Shown: positions 1-14,734 of the stretch, in pieces | Position numbering within the stretch: position 1 is the stretch's first letter | Layout: each line of letters begins with the position of its first letter | Source: Eledone cirrhosa | Lineage: Eukaryota | DNA length: 64,000 bases | Direction: 5' to 3' | Assembly (NCBI GenBank): GCA_964016885.1 | Contig: OZ024741.1 | Span: 41,354,001-41,418,000, forward strand | Made by a program: the position numbers and the translations under genes | Notes under the pieces: generated by a model | The model's input: the letters and a program-made list of their open reading frames with translations, nothing else | Told to the model about the DNA's origin: nothing | Databases searched by the model: none

Positions 1-31
<31 letters not shown>

Positions 32-744
32 GTTAATTGATTCTTTTTTTTTATATAGATTTGATAGATGGTTCCCATGATATAAAGATAAAGTTTCCAT
101 TCCTATATAAATCCTCAATCACTAGACACTACACAAGATATGTAAAAATCAAGCACATCCTTCAAAACCATACCCAAACCTTCCCAGCATAAAAACGACC
201 AACCTACACTAATTACTGGTATGAGGCTGACAGATATCATCAGGCTGCAGCTGTTGTATTACATAGTTTCTGCCATTGTACAGTTTGAATGTTTATTAAA
301 CACAAACATATTGTATATGGGTCCTTAACGCTATTACAAATTAAATTCAAAGAGGACAAAAATCTGAGTTTGATAGCTGATTTATGTAAGAATGGAGACT
401 TTATCTTCATATATTATGGAGACCATCTATCAAATATAAAAAAAAAAAAACAGAAATTGACCCACAGTATATAACTGGGATTGATATGATCAATTACCCC
501 CCCCCCCCCCCAAAAAAAAAATGTAAGGCAGGCAATGTTGACCTGGTTGGATTTTAACTCAGAATGTAAAGAGAGAGAGAAACAACAAAATACAACAAAG
601 TCCACCACCACACTTCTCCATCCTGTCAGCCAGGACCACGAGATGGATGGCATATAAAGTAGGAGTAGGGTGGCAGTCTTCAGACGAAGGGGTTAATAAT
701 ATCACACACACAGAATTAAACAGTTCAAACACCACTTTACTAAT

Positions 745-1535
745 AATAACTGTTCCTACTTTAGGTTCAAGGCCAGAAATCAACCCCAATGGATTCCTGG
801 TATTATATTTTATCAACCTTGTAACAATGAAAGGCAAAGCTAACATCGGCAGGAATTGAATTCAAAACATAAGGGACCATAACAATATGCTGCAAAGAAT
901 GTCATCCGATGTTCTACCAAAACTTCCAATGAACCACCATAACAGCAATAACAACAACAATTGTTTCTAATGTAAGCACAGGGCCAACAATTTAGGGGAA
1001 GGGAAAGCCAATCAAATCGACCATAGTGATTACTGGTACTTTATTTTATTGGGTCCATAAGGATGAAAGGCAAAGCTAACCTCAGCAGGATTTGAACTCA
1101 GAATGTAAATGGCAGTAACTATGCCATGAAGCATATTGTTCTGCCAATCCACCTAATGGTTTCTAATTTAGGCACATGGCTAACATTTTTGAGGGAGGAG
1201 GAGTTACTGGTACTTCAATTTATTGACCCCAGAAGGATGAAAGATAAAGTATACTCCAGCAAGATTTAAACTCAGAAAATAGAACATATACCACAAAGCA
1301 TTTACTTCGATGCTCTAATGATTCTGTCAATCGACTTCTCACCCAATAATAATTGTTTCTATTTTTGGCACAACGCCAGCAATTACCCAGTACATTACTG
1401 GTACTTTATTTTATTGACCCCGTAAGGATGAAAGGCAAAGTTAACCTCGGCAGGATTTGAACTCAGATCATAAAGGGACGTAACTCTATGCTTCAAAGCA
1501 TGGTATCCGACTCTCTACCGATACTGGCAATCCAG
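745..1535 (-). mobile_element. Cluster of four co-oriented tRNA-derived SINEs (family A)
   Basis: Repeated TACTGGTACTTTATTTTAT..AAGGATGAAAGGCAAAG..GGATTTGAACTCAG blocks. Confidence 0.85.
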
Positions 1536-2417
1536 ACTTTGGGGACAGTACATGGCAGAATAACAAGGAACAGTTAGTAGGGTGAGGGGTTATATTGAGT
1601 GAAAGGTTGAATGATGACTATGATTATGACGATGATGATGAAACAAAATAATGGAATAATATCAGATTATGAAAGAGTGTGTGTGTGTGCAAAGAGAGAG
1701 AGAGAGGGGGGATATGGGAGAGAGAGAAAGGGAAACAGAGAGAGAAAGAGTGAGAGAGAAACAGAAAGAGAGATCGAGAGAGAGAGAATATTATAGAAAT
1801 GTGTGTGTTTGTAAATAAGTGAGTGTAAATGAAAGGTAAATGGTGAAGATAGGAAGGTGGGGAGTGTGAGAGAGAAGGCCAACCAATTCAGTCAGCATGA
1901 AATGGTTTTCTGAAACAGTCTAGGGAAATATGATTTAGTAATATCTGGTGCCAAGATGACCAGCATTATGCTTGGTGATATTGCATCAGAGAAAATGGTT
2001 TACAAAGCATCATAAATGAGAGACAATTAGATGAGTTGTGTATTCCTATGTATTGCATAGTGCCAGAAATCCTTGGTTTTAGCAATGAAAACACATCAGC
2101 CCATTGTCTCCACTCTATGATTTTTGAAGTCTCTGAATGCATTTAGTTTTCGCTTTCTGGAAATTTCCTTTTGATCTAATCAAATTCTTTCTATGTCAAT
2201 GTATAATGTGCACACACATGCATGCAGGCACACACACACACACAGATATATGCAAACACATGAACACATGAACACACACACACACACACACATTATTTAA
2301 ACCAGTAAACCAATAAAAAGCTAAGATATGCTTAAGTCCACAGAAAAAAAAGGACACATACATTCAATGACAGAAAGAGAAAGCATGACACATATATATA
2401 TACATATGTATATGTAA

Positions 2418-2459
<42 letters not shown>

Positions 2460-2595
2460 TAGTTTTGCGAGGTTTTACCAAATAAATTAAATTAACCAAT
2501 ATAAAAGACACAGAAGCGAAAACCAACCAAACAGTGAGTGCGTTCTGTTATTAATTCTGGCAATATTATTACACAAATATGACCCTCCCCAAGTA

Positions 2596-2643
<48 letters not shown>

Positions 2644-2759
2644 CACACACATATATATATATACATATATATAGTAATAATAATAAATTTGAAGACTAAA
2701 ATCCAGAGGGCTCGATAAGGATAATATACATATATATATATATATACATACATACATCT

Positions 2760-3505
2760 AACAAAAATTGGGGATGCACACGAATAGTTAGGGATAAAAG
2801 CCTCATTGTAGTAACTTTCTCCAATCCCAGGAAAGTGCCATTGAAGTAGTTGATAGCTTCTGTCACCTAGGTGACCTATTTAGCAGTGGAGAAAGTTGCA
2901 CTGGAAGCCTAGTAGCTAGAATTAGAACATGATGGAAATAGTGCAGAGACATACTGTCACTGTTGACAACAAAAAGTCTCTCTCTATGAATGAAAGTCTA
3001 AGTCCAAAAGCCAGAAGGCTATTTAGGCCAATGCTTATCCCGATTTAGTAGCATAAAGCGACTGAAAGTACATGACCTCTCCTGGGTAGCATGCCAGTCC
3101 ATCACAGGGTTAAACCCCCAGCTAGTGCTCGTACTCATTTTCAGCTGAGTATACTGGAGCAGTGTGAAATGAAGTGTTTTGCTAAAGAACACAACACGCA
3201 ACCCAGGAATCGAACCCACAATATTATGACAGTAAGTCCAATACCCTAACCACTAGGCCACATGCCTCCACTATGAATGAAAGGCCAACTGTATTATGTT
3301 TTATGGAAGTGAAACATGGGCAGTAAATGAAGAGAACATGGCAAACGTTTCAGAGAAATTAAGGGAGTATGCTCTAATGGATATAAGATGTTAATGTGTA
3401 TAAATGACCAAGCATGGATGAGCTGAGAGAAAAACTGGATAAAAGAGGGATTACATTTAATATGCAAGAAAAAAAGACTGCACTGGCATGGACAAGTGAT
3501 CATCG
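2760..3505 (+). mobile_element. Old RTE fragment interrupted by a SINE
   Basis: Decayed VDSFCHLGD..ARIRT*WK and DELREKLDKRGI..WHG segments. Confidence 0.7.
2997..3270 (-). mobile_element. tRNA-derived SINE with 13-bp target-site duplication
   Basis: A/B boxes (TGGCCTAGTGG, GGTTCGATTCC) on the minus strand; CTATGAATGAAAG duplicated at 2984-2996 and 3271-3283. Confidence 0.85.
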
Positions 3506-4111
3506 TCGTCATCATCGTTTAGCATCCATTTTCCACTCTAACATAAGTAGGACAGGCTGTCCTTTTGGGAGAGATCAGGCTGGAGGACTGTTTCGCTAAC
3601 ACATGGTTGATTTTGGCTGAGTTTCTAGAACTGGAGGTCCTTCCGAACGCCAACCACATTCACAGTGTGTAACAGATAAATAAGACAATCTACATGAATC
3701 TCGTGACAAGGACTGAACCCCAGACCAGGTTCTTCGCAGTCACCAAGACAGCTACAAATGATGTGTATAATGGTTGTTGGGGGAATAAGTACTAGGTGTC
3801 CCAATGGAAGAAAGCTGTAGTAGAAGAGGACCAAGAAAGGACTGGTCAAAAATTGGGAGAGCAGATTTCAAGAAACTAAACTTCATAGTGGAGATTAGAA
3901 AGGAATGCAGCAGGTGAAGGGAAAGTGTCATGGAAAATTCCTTTCCAATATATACAAGTATGGATAAATGGATGTAAAAAAAAATGAGAATGATGTATGT
4001 ATGTATGTATATAAACACACACACACATTTATTTGTGTGTGTGTGTGTGTGTGTGGGCAGGTATTTGTCTGAGTGTATAAGCATTTATATAGATAGAAAG
4101 TCAGACAGACA

Positions 4112-4156
<45 letters not shown>

Positions 4157-4644
4157 GTTTCTGTGGGAGATGAGAGAAAATAGAATAACTGAGACATGGA
4201 AAATCAAAAAATAAAAAATAAAACAGAAAAGAAATGCTTTAAAAAATCCCCAACAAATAATGATGTTTTAAAATATGCGCAAAAGATAATGTAATAAAAC
4301 TAGGCATATCGAAATTAAAAGTGAGAAAATATAAATAAAATAAAAATATAATAAAAATAATAACAATATCGAAATATAAAAAAAAAAGATAATGCAATAA
4401 TTTGTCAAATTTTAGGAAGAAACATGAAAACTCTGACAAAAATACCAAACTATAAAGGCTTGCAAATATCTGATAATTCTGATAATTTCTCAAGTTCATT
4501 AATTCATTAATGAACTTCACAAGTAATCAAAGTTCTCTTCATTTCCATAGAATGATAGCTTTCCACACACAAATTCATTCCATCTCCCTCTCTCTCTTTC
4601 TGTTATATGTGCTTTCTTTCTCTTTTTTTCTGTATATACATATA

Positions 4645-7510
4645 CACACACACTCTCTTTTGACATACTCTCTGATTCTCACTCTATCTAATCTACACAC
4701 ACACTCTCTCTTTTGACATACTCTCTGATTCTCACTCTATATAATCTATACACACACTCTCTCTTTTGACATACTCTCTGATTCTCACTCTATCTACACA
4801 CACACTCTCTCTTTTGACATACTCTCTGATTCTCACTCTATCTACATACACACACACTCTCTCTTTTGACATACTCTCTGATTCTCACTATCTACACACA
4901 CACACACTCTCTCTTTTGACATACTCTCTGATTCTCACTATCTACACACACACACTCTCTCTTTTGACATACTCTCTGATTCTCACTCTATCTACACACA
5001 CACACACTCTCTCTTTTGACATACTCTCTGATTCTCACTATCTACACACACACACTCTCTCTTTTGACATACTCTCTGATTCTCACTCTATCTACACACA
5101 CACACACTCTCTCTTTTGACATACTCTCTGATTCTCACTATCTACACACACACACACACTCTCTCTTTTGACATACTCTCTGATTCTCACTCTATCTACA
5201 CACACACTCTCTCTCTTTTGACATACTCTCTGATTCTCACTCTATCTACACACACACACACTCTCTCTTTTGACATACTCTCTGATTCTCACTATCTACA
5301 CACACACACTCTCTCTTTTGACATACTCTCTGATTCTCACTCTATCTACACACACACACACTCTCTCTTTTGGCATACTCTCTGATTCTCACTCTATCTA
5401 CACACACACACTCTCTCTTTTGACATACTCTCTGATTCTCACTATCTACACACACACACAGTCTCTCTTTTGACATACTCTTTGATTCTCACTCTATCTA
5501 CATACACACACACTCTCTCTTTTGACATACTCTCTGATTCTCACTATCTACACACACACACACACTCTCTTTTGACATACTCTCTGATTCTCACTCTATC
5601 TACATACACACACACTCTCTCTTTTGACATACTCTCTGATTCTCACTATCTACATACACACACACTCTCTCTTTTGACATGCTCTCTGATTCTCACTATC
5701 TACACACACACACACTCTCTCTTTTGGCATACTCTCTGATTCTCACTCTATCTACACACACACACTCTCTCTTTTGACATACTCTCTGATTCTCACTATC
5801 TACACACACACACAGTCTCTCTTTTGACATACTCTCTGATTCTCACTCTATCTACATACACACACACTCTCTCTTTTGACATACTCTCTGATTCTCACTA
5901 TCTACATACACACACACTCTCTCTTTTGACATACTCTCTGATTCTCACTATCTACACACACACACACACACACTCTCTTTTGACATACTCTCTGATTCTC
6001 ACTCTATCTACATACACACACACTCTCTCTTTTGACATACTCTCTGATTCTCACTATCTACATACACACACACTCTCTCTCTTTTGACATACTCTCTGAT
6101 TCTCACTATCTACACACACATACACTCTCTCTTTTGACATACTCTCTGATTCTCACTCTATCTACACACACACTCTCTCTTTTGACATACTCTCTGATTC
6201 TCACTATCTACACACACACACTCTCTCTTTTGACATACTCTCTGATTCTCACTATCTACACACACACACACTCTCTTTTGACATACTCTCTGATTCTCAC
6301 TCTATCTACACACACACACACTCTCTCTTTTGACATACTCTCTGATTCTCACTATCTACATACACACACACTCTCTCTTTTGACATACTCTCTGATTCTC
6401 ACTATCTACACACACTCTCTCTTTTGGCATACTCTCTGATTCTCACTCTATCTACACACACACACTCTCTCTTTTGACATACTCTCTGATTCTCACTATC
6501 TACACACACACACAGTCTCTCTTTTGACATACTCTTTGATTCTCACTCTATCTACATACACACACACTCTCTCTTTTGACATACTCTCTGATTCTCACTA
6601 TCTACACACACACACACACTCTCTTTTGACATACTCTCTGATTCTCACTCTATCTACATACACACACACTCTCTCTTTTGACATACTCTCTGATTCTCAC
6701 TATCTACATACACACACACTCTCTCTTTTGACATGCTCTCTGATTCTCACTATCTACACACACACACTCTCTCTTTTGGCATACTCTCTGATTCTCACTC
6801 TATCTACACACACACACTCTCTCTTTTGACATACTCTCTGATTCTCACTATCTACACACACACACAGTCTCTCTTTTGACATACTCTCTGATTCTCACTC
6901 TATCTACATACACACACACTCTCTCTTTTGACATACTCTCTGATTCTCACTATCTACATACACACACTCTCTCTTTTGACATACTCTCTGATTCTCACTC
7001 TATCTACATACACACACACTCTCTCTTTTGACATACTCTCTGATTCTCACTATCTACATACACACACTCTCTCTTTTGACATACTCTCTGATTCTCACTA
7101 TCTACACACACACACACTCTCTTTTGACATACTCTCTGATTCTCACTCTATCTACATACACACACTCTCTCTTTTGACATACTCTCTGATTCTCACTCTA
7201 TCTACACATACACACACTCTCTCTCTCTTTTGACATACTCTCTGATTCTCACTCTATCTACACACACACACTCTCTTTTGACATACTCTCTGATTCTCAC
7301 TCTATCTACACACACACACACTCTCTCTTTTGACATACTCTCTGATTCTCACTATCTACACACACACAGTCTCTCTTTTGACATACTCTCTGATTCTCAC
7401 TCTATCTACACACACACACACTCTCTCTCTCTTTTGGCATACTCTCTGATTCTCACTATCTACACACACACACACACTCTCTCATTTGACATACTCTCTG
7501 ACACACACAC
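4645..7510 (+). repeat. Compound minisatellite, ~42-52-bp unit
   Basis: (CT)n-TTTGACATACTCTCTGATTCTCACT(CT)ATCTA-(CA)n repeated throughout. Confidence 0.97.
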
Positions 7511-10500
7511 ACTCTCTCTCTCTCTCTCTATTTCTCTGAAAGAAATCAACTATGTTTCAACCTGGAAAGGGATGGACTCCTCCTAGTTTAAATGCCCAAG
7601 ACACACACAACATCAATAATTAATAGCTCATGGTCATGGGATGATTACACATAACACCATTCATTATCATCTTATTCCAGCTGTGAGGTCAATGTAAACA
7701 AACCTTGAATATATTTACAAGAGATAAGTACATTTTCATTTCTAATACATCTTCTCTAATCATAGTTGTGATAGCAGGGATCAACTTCAGAAATCAAAAG
7801 CAACATTAATGCTATCAGCATTTTTTTACCATTTCTCTTGGTCCATCTGGAGAATTCTTCTTATATTGCATATAATATATTTCGCTATCAAAGAGATTGC
7901 TAAATACAATATTTCCCTATGTCTTTATTTATTGTGGTTAGTGGAAACAGAATATACATACAATCACATACTTACCACACCCACCACCCTCACACAAGCT
8001 TGGCATGTCGGGTTAACATACACATATAATTGCACGTACACATGCATGCAGAGATGCACACATACACACAGAAGTTTTGTTTTTATGGTTTGAGGAAATT
8101 TACAACCACACACATATTTGTCGACATATACATAAAATTGCACACACACACACAAGTTCGGCTTTTTTGGTTTGAGCAAATACACGGCCACACACATATT
8201 TGCAGACATACACACCCTCATACACTAATACATGCACAAGTTTGTTTTTATGGTTTAAGAAAATGGCCACACTTACACATAAACTCTCTCTCACACACTC
8301 ACACACACACACCAACCAACACAAACATAAAATTTTGACATTTGTATCTGAGGAAAAACACACACACACAGTTACATGCAATGAGAGACACACATATGAA
8401 CACACAGGAACATACAAACACACATACCCACCTACTCAAACATACAACTTTCAGTATATTCTTTATTTTATGCAATTCTTATATTTATGTTTATTTATTG
8501 TTTATTTATTTTTTAACATTTTTTCTTTTACAACTGTTTTTGTTTTGTGTTGTTTTTCCTTCAGTTTCTTTTCCATCAAAATAATTGGAATTGTGCAGAA
8601 CTAGCGTCTTGGAGATTTCGGTTTTTCCCACTTCTGATTATACATTTTTAAACAGTATTAAGAACCATTGTTGAAGCAATGTCTCTTATGTATTTCTTCT
8701 TTCTAAAGTAATTCAAAGACTAGAAAGCTTTCAAAAAGATAATGCAGACCAAAAATACATGTTTGCTGGTGATACTCTTCTATCACTTTCACATCTTTTA
8801 ATCTTTCTGAATTATCAATATTTTGTCAAGTGAGACATTTGTTAGGTCTCCATCTATATGCATCACTTGCACAAACATGTATTTGTGCACATAATTATGA
8901 TATTTTAACCCCTTTTGATGCCAATTGGACTGAAACTAGTCCTGGGCTTATGATCAACAAACTGCCTGTTATAAAGTGTTGAATGTGTGTGCACATACAT
9001 ATACAATCATCATCATCATCATTTTATGTCCATTGTTCATGGTGGTATGGGTTGCATGGATAATCATGTTCCTTGACAAGCCAGATCAGAAAAATCACAG
9101 GGCTAGTTCCTAACTGCAGTTCTTTCTGCAGTTGCTGCTGCTGCTGATACTTATTTTCAGCTTAGTATGTATGTATGGTCCCGTACCTCCTGATAGAGTC
9201 GTAGGGGCGCCATATTGACTTACAGTGTTTCTTGGGCATTTTAAGCCTGGCGGAGCCCATCCCTCTCCAGGCCTGAGTACAGCTGATTTCTTCCAGAGAA
9301 AGATAGAATGTGAGAGAGAGGAAATGAGAAAGAGATATAGAGGAAGAATCGACCCCAGTACTAGACTGGTACTTTTTTTTATCAAACTTGAAAAGATGAA
9401 AGGTAAAGTTGACCCCAGTAGGATTTGAACTCAGAGAGCCAGAACGAATGCCATAAAGCATTCTATGCCTTCAACTTAGTACAGTGAAGCAATGTGAAAT
9501 GAAGTGTCCTGCTTGCTCAAATGACACAACACAGCACAGCACAGCACCTAGTCTAGGAATTAAATCTGTGACCTCATGATTGTGAGCTCAACATTAACTC
9601 TGAGGTCACACACTTTCACAGTAGAGCAGACAACCTTTAAATAGAAGGAAAAGAAAATCCAGATATTGTATTATTTTCTAATTTCTTCCTTAATTTTATG
9701 CCAACAGTCATTAGAAATTGGATGATGGTAATTCTACTAGCATGGCCAGAAATAAATGATGGTTAAAATTCTCATAAAATACATAAGAGACGTCATGGCA
9801 ACAGCACATCAATTCCTTTAGCCATCTTTCAATGCTATCAAATATCAAGTTTGCTTCTGTCTTCTGCTATAAACAGAATTTCTTCTAAGAACATCATCCA
9901 TCATCAACCACCATCATCATCATCATCACTGTCACTATTCCTATCATCTCAATCATTATAATTACCATCATCATTATAATTACCATCATCATCTATTTTA
10001 TCATCAACATCACTATCATCTCCTTCATTATCATTACCATCATCATCATGCTCATTGTACCCATCATAATTACCGCCTCCACCACCACCAACAACAACCT
10101 TCATCATAACCATCATCAATATCAGTAACTCAATAATGTAACAAGCTAATATGTCCGCCAGTATAATCAAGGGCTACACATGAACATTTACTTTAATTAT
10201 CACTAATGCTAAACATTAAGAAATATTTTATCTCAATCTCAATCTATCGGAAAAATTTAAAAGCTACCGCCAGCCACGTTTTACCTCTTTACTCTTCACT
10301 CTTTGGAAAATCAGGAACCTTTTATAGTTCTCACACCCTGCAATTGCAACAACTCATGACCATCTTTCATGCTGCAATGCTCAACGAAATAAATAAATTT
10401 TACTGTAGCCATATGCATTGCTGTAAATTTTTCCAGCAAATCTTTCAATGAAGGATCTTTTTAATGTTCATTAGCTGTAGAACGACTTTAACTCACCCAA

Positions 10501-12192
10501 AGACACTTAAAACTAAATCACAGACAGTTTTCAATGTCTTAAAACTGTCGTTAATATATTCCTTTTATGACCATGGATATCTGAAAATTTAGAAATTAGT
10601 GTTTCCTAAGTTTCTTCTCAACAGCAACAACAGTGGCAGATTTTATACAGAAATGTAAATGTAAATTTGCATAGGCACAGTCATGGCTGTGTAGCCAAGG
10701 AGTTCATTTCACATCCAAAACATTTGAGGGAATCGTATCTTCTACAATAACTGTGGGTTGACAAATGCCTTGAGTGAAATCTGGTGGGTGAAACATATGT
10801 GAAAGCCGGCTGTGAGTATACATGCATACATACATACAGATATATGCATATATATACACACACACACATATATATATATATATGTGCATGTGTGTGTGTG
10901 TGTGTGTGTGTATGACTTCCCATGGGCACAGGCCATAGTTGAAGCATATACACAGTATGATGACCCCACCCTCCACTGAAAGTGGTTGTATAGGTGTCAC
11001 GACAAAAGGCACCCAGTCTACCCAGTAAAGTGGTCATGTAGGCGTCACAACAAAGCACCCAATACTCACTGTAAATGAGGTTGGCGTTAGGAAGAGCATC
11101 CAGCTGTAGAAATCAAGCCAGAATTAGTCCTGTATAAGCAAGACATGGTCACTTGACCTAGCATTGCCCACAATAAGATAACTCTACTAACACATGCTAG
11201 CATGGAAAAATAGACGTATGATGATGATGATGTATGTGTGTATACTCCCGGGTGTAGGCATCACTGTGTGGTTACAAAGTTTGCTTCACAACCACCACAT
11301 AGTTTCAGTTTCAATGAAACCTTGGACAAGTGCCTTCTACTACAGCCAAAGATTAACCACTGCCTTGTAGGTGAAATTTGGTAGTCAGATACTGTGAAGA
11401 AGTCTGCTGTGTGATTGTGTATTCATGCATATGCACAAGTTTACGTCTTTCTTTATGCCCCATGACTTAGTGGTCCGGAAAGAAGAGATCAATAAAATAA
11501 AAGCCAAACATGAAGAATACAAAAGAACAGAAACAAATCATTTCTGGGGTCAGTGTGATTGCCTGACTAAATCTCTTCAATGAAGTACATTAGCTGAGAT
11601 CATCTCTAATGACCAAAACCAGGGGTCAGTGTGAGTCAGTGACTAAATCTCTTCAATAAAGTACACCTGCTGAGAGGACCTCTAATGACCAACCAGGGGT
11701 CAGTATGTCTGACTGATTGTCTAAATCCCTTCAATTGAGATGACCTCTAATGAACAAAACCAGGGGTCAGGTTATTCAGTGACTGACTAAAACCCTTCAA
11801 TGAAGTACACCAGCAGTTATGAAGTCGAATGACCAAAACCAGTAAAAGAATAGAATAGAACAATCCTTTCTTTTCATGACAAAGTTGCAATGCCATTCCA
11901 CAATATATGAATCCAAGAACCCATCTGAATCTGCTCTTCATTCTATGATACAAAACTTTGTTTTAAAATGTCTATATTTATCTAAAAACCTTCCATCATA
12001 ATTTTGTGTAAGAAACTTTGTTGTGTTATGCTCCAAACACTGACTTAATAATGAAAAAACTTAGTTATGTTACTAAATCCCTCCAAATTATTGATTATTT
12101 TCAAAATTATTTGAAAATCATAGGCAGTGTCTTGCATAAGAAATATGGTAATGTAAGAGTTAACAGGCAGCACCAAACAACATGAATAAATG

Positions 12193-12228
<36 letters not shown>

Positions 12229-12552
12229 GGTGGTAGTAGTAGTGGTGGTGGTAGTGGTAGAAGTAGTAGTAGTGGTGGTGGTAGGGAAGTAGTAGTAGTG
12301 GTAGGAGTAGTTGTAGGAGTGGTGGTGGTAGTAGTGATTATGGTGGGAGTAGTAGTAGTAAAAAATGGTTCATTAGTTACAACAAGCAAGTACCAAAAGA
12401 CTCCACAACTAGATTTCAGAATAAAAAGTGAATAAGTGTATGAATATATATATTCTTTTAAGTACTAAAATTTCCCACTTATAAATGCAATAAAACTTCA
12501 ACTGCACAGAGTGATGTGTGTGTGTGTGTGTGCGTGCGCGCGCGCATGAGTA

Positions 12553-12656
12553 TGCACGGTGTCCCAAAAAAGTGTATACACACTCCAACAACATTCTAAT
12601 AAATATTGCCTGTACAGGGAATCAAAGTGTGTATAATTTTTTTAGGACACCCTGTA
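12553..12656. mobile_element. Tc1/mariner-type mini-MITE
   Basis: Imperfect TIRs CACGGTGTCCCAAAAAAGTGTATACACACT and AGTGTGTATAATTTTTTTAGGACACCCTG-TA. Confidence 0.65.
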
Positions 12657-12978
12657 TTTATATTATCATAATAAATTGTTTAATGTCTATTTTCTTTGCT
12701 AGCATGGGTTCAATGGTTAGTCAGGTGCTGAAGCTAGACTGGTAAGGTGACCACACATTGCTTGTACACTGATTTGGGCTTGTTTTCTATGGTTACATGC
12801 CTTTCCTAATACCAACCACTTTAGACTGTGTGCTGGGAATATTTTAGTGTAACTCTGGTACAACCATCATACAATATAATATGTATATACATGTCATTTA
12901 TCATTTGTATTTCCTGCTTGCAGGAGTTGGATGGGTTTTCACTGACCAAGTCAGCACTCAAATGGAGCTACTGACCCA

Positions 12979-13021
<43 letters not shown>

Positions 13022-13256
13022 GATAATGAAGGAATTTAGGTATATTATATCTTTTTATTTATATCTAATGTTTCTTCTTTCTTTATAATGTATTATATAA
13101 TTCTGATATTGAATCAATCTAATCCATTCAGATTATTTTGTCCCTATTATTCATAGAGCAACAACAGTTAAGGTTGGCACCACACAAATTCAGGGATATG
13201 TGTCGGTATATGCATGTATTCACATGTGTCTGTGTATTTCTTTGTATTGTGTATTG

Positions 13257-13294
<38 letters not shown>

Positions 13295-13295
<1 letters not shown>

Positions 13296-14057
13296 ATAGA
13301 GATTACAGTAATCAAAGTTCAGTTTAAGTCATTTATTTGCTTACAATTGTTTCCTCCAAACCGAGGTTTGGATTGTTCGGAGCAACTATTTACTGATCTA
13401 TAACATACTTGACCTCCTTTTCAACCCAAGAGACACATAAACCATATGCGCATATTGATCAACAGTGGGGTGACATTCATCAAATGATATAGCATGGCAA
13501 TTTACATATAAAGGTTACAGGATAAAAATAAAATAAAAACAAGAGTGAAAATAAGAGTGAAAATAAAGATAAACATGAAGCGTTGGCAGTCTATGAAGAT
13601 AAAGCAAGAGGAAAGCTTAGAGTAGTCAGTGTATGAAACAATCTCCCGTGTAGCATGCACGCGTGTCTTATTTATACATGATTAGAGTGCGTCAGAATGA
13701 TATTTGCAGGGTCAGGCAGTTGAAGCAGGCAATCGATCTTATTATGTAGGCTGAATTATTAAGTCATTTATTCTCATACATCTGTATGATATACAGTCTC
13801 GGATGTGGGGAAACACCAAAATATCAAAAACTTTCAACATACTATAAACCTTATTGTATCGTAGGCAAGGCCGTACCACTGTCCTTGCTCACACCACCAC
13901 TCACATAATCCATGAGACGCAATATATATAGAGAACACGCGTCTATCGTATAATATCGTATAATGGTTGCTCCGAAGAATCCAAACCTCGGTTTGGAGGA
14001 AACAATTGTAAGCAAATAAATGACTTAAACTGAACTTTGATTACTGTAATCTCTATA
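13295..14057. mobile_element. Non-coding element bounded by ~94-bp inverted repeats, each containing a hammerhead motif (Penelope pLTR-like)
   Basis: 13295-13388 is the near-perfect reverse complement of 13964-14057; abuts (TA)n. Confidence 0.75.
13967..14015 (+). ncRNA. Type I hammerhead ribozyme (U4C core variant, palindromic helix III)
   Basis: TTGCT-CCGAAGA-a TCCAAACC tc GGTTTGGA g-GAAA-CAATTG-TA-AGCAA; helices I, II and III all pair. Confidence 0.8.
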
Positions 14058-14338
14058 TAACTGCTCTGTAAAACAACTGATGTTATTACATTGAGCTATT
14101 TATCTTACTGGTAATAGGATAGTAATTAATGACTATCTCTCACTATTTAGGGTTTGTATATATATAATATATTACCATTAAAGGTTTTATTGCATACATA
14201 ACCATAAATAGTACCCTTAATACTATATATATATGTATATATATATATATATGTGTGTGTATAAATATATATATATATTTACATATGAAGATATATCTAC
14301 ATATATATGCAGATGTGTGAGTATATATATATGGAAAA

Positions 14339-14399
<61 letters not shown>

Positions 14400-14734
14400 G
14401 ACAGGTGGGGGAGAAAAAAATGGCTTCACTTGTGCTTTCAACAAATTTATTTTCTTCACAAAATCCAAAAAGAATTTTTTTCCGGATTATAAAAAATTTT
14501 ATTAAAAAAATTTTTTTTTATAAATTAAGTTGTTGGTTGTTGGTTATGTCTTAGGAGTTCTTGGTAAACGTAGGAGGTATTGTTTCGTTTTTAGAAAGAC
14601 CTTTCACGCTGAGGTGCGCTTGTCAAACTGATGTGTAAGTAATAATAATAAATTTGAAGACTAAAATCCAAAGAGGGCTCGATAAGGATAAATATATATC
14701 AAATATATAAGAACCGTAGAGCAAATATTTATTA

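Noticed and set aside
4645-7586. Repeat-spacer pattern and TYSLILT ORFs
   Set aside because: The apparent spacers are only (CA)n/(CT)n length variants of a minisatellite
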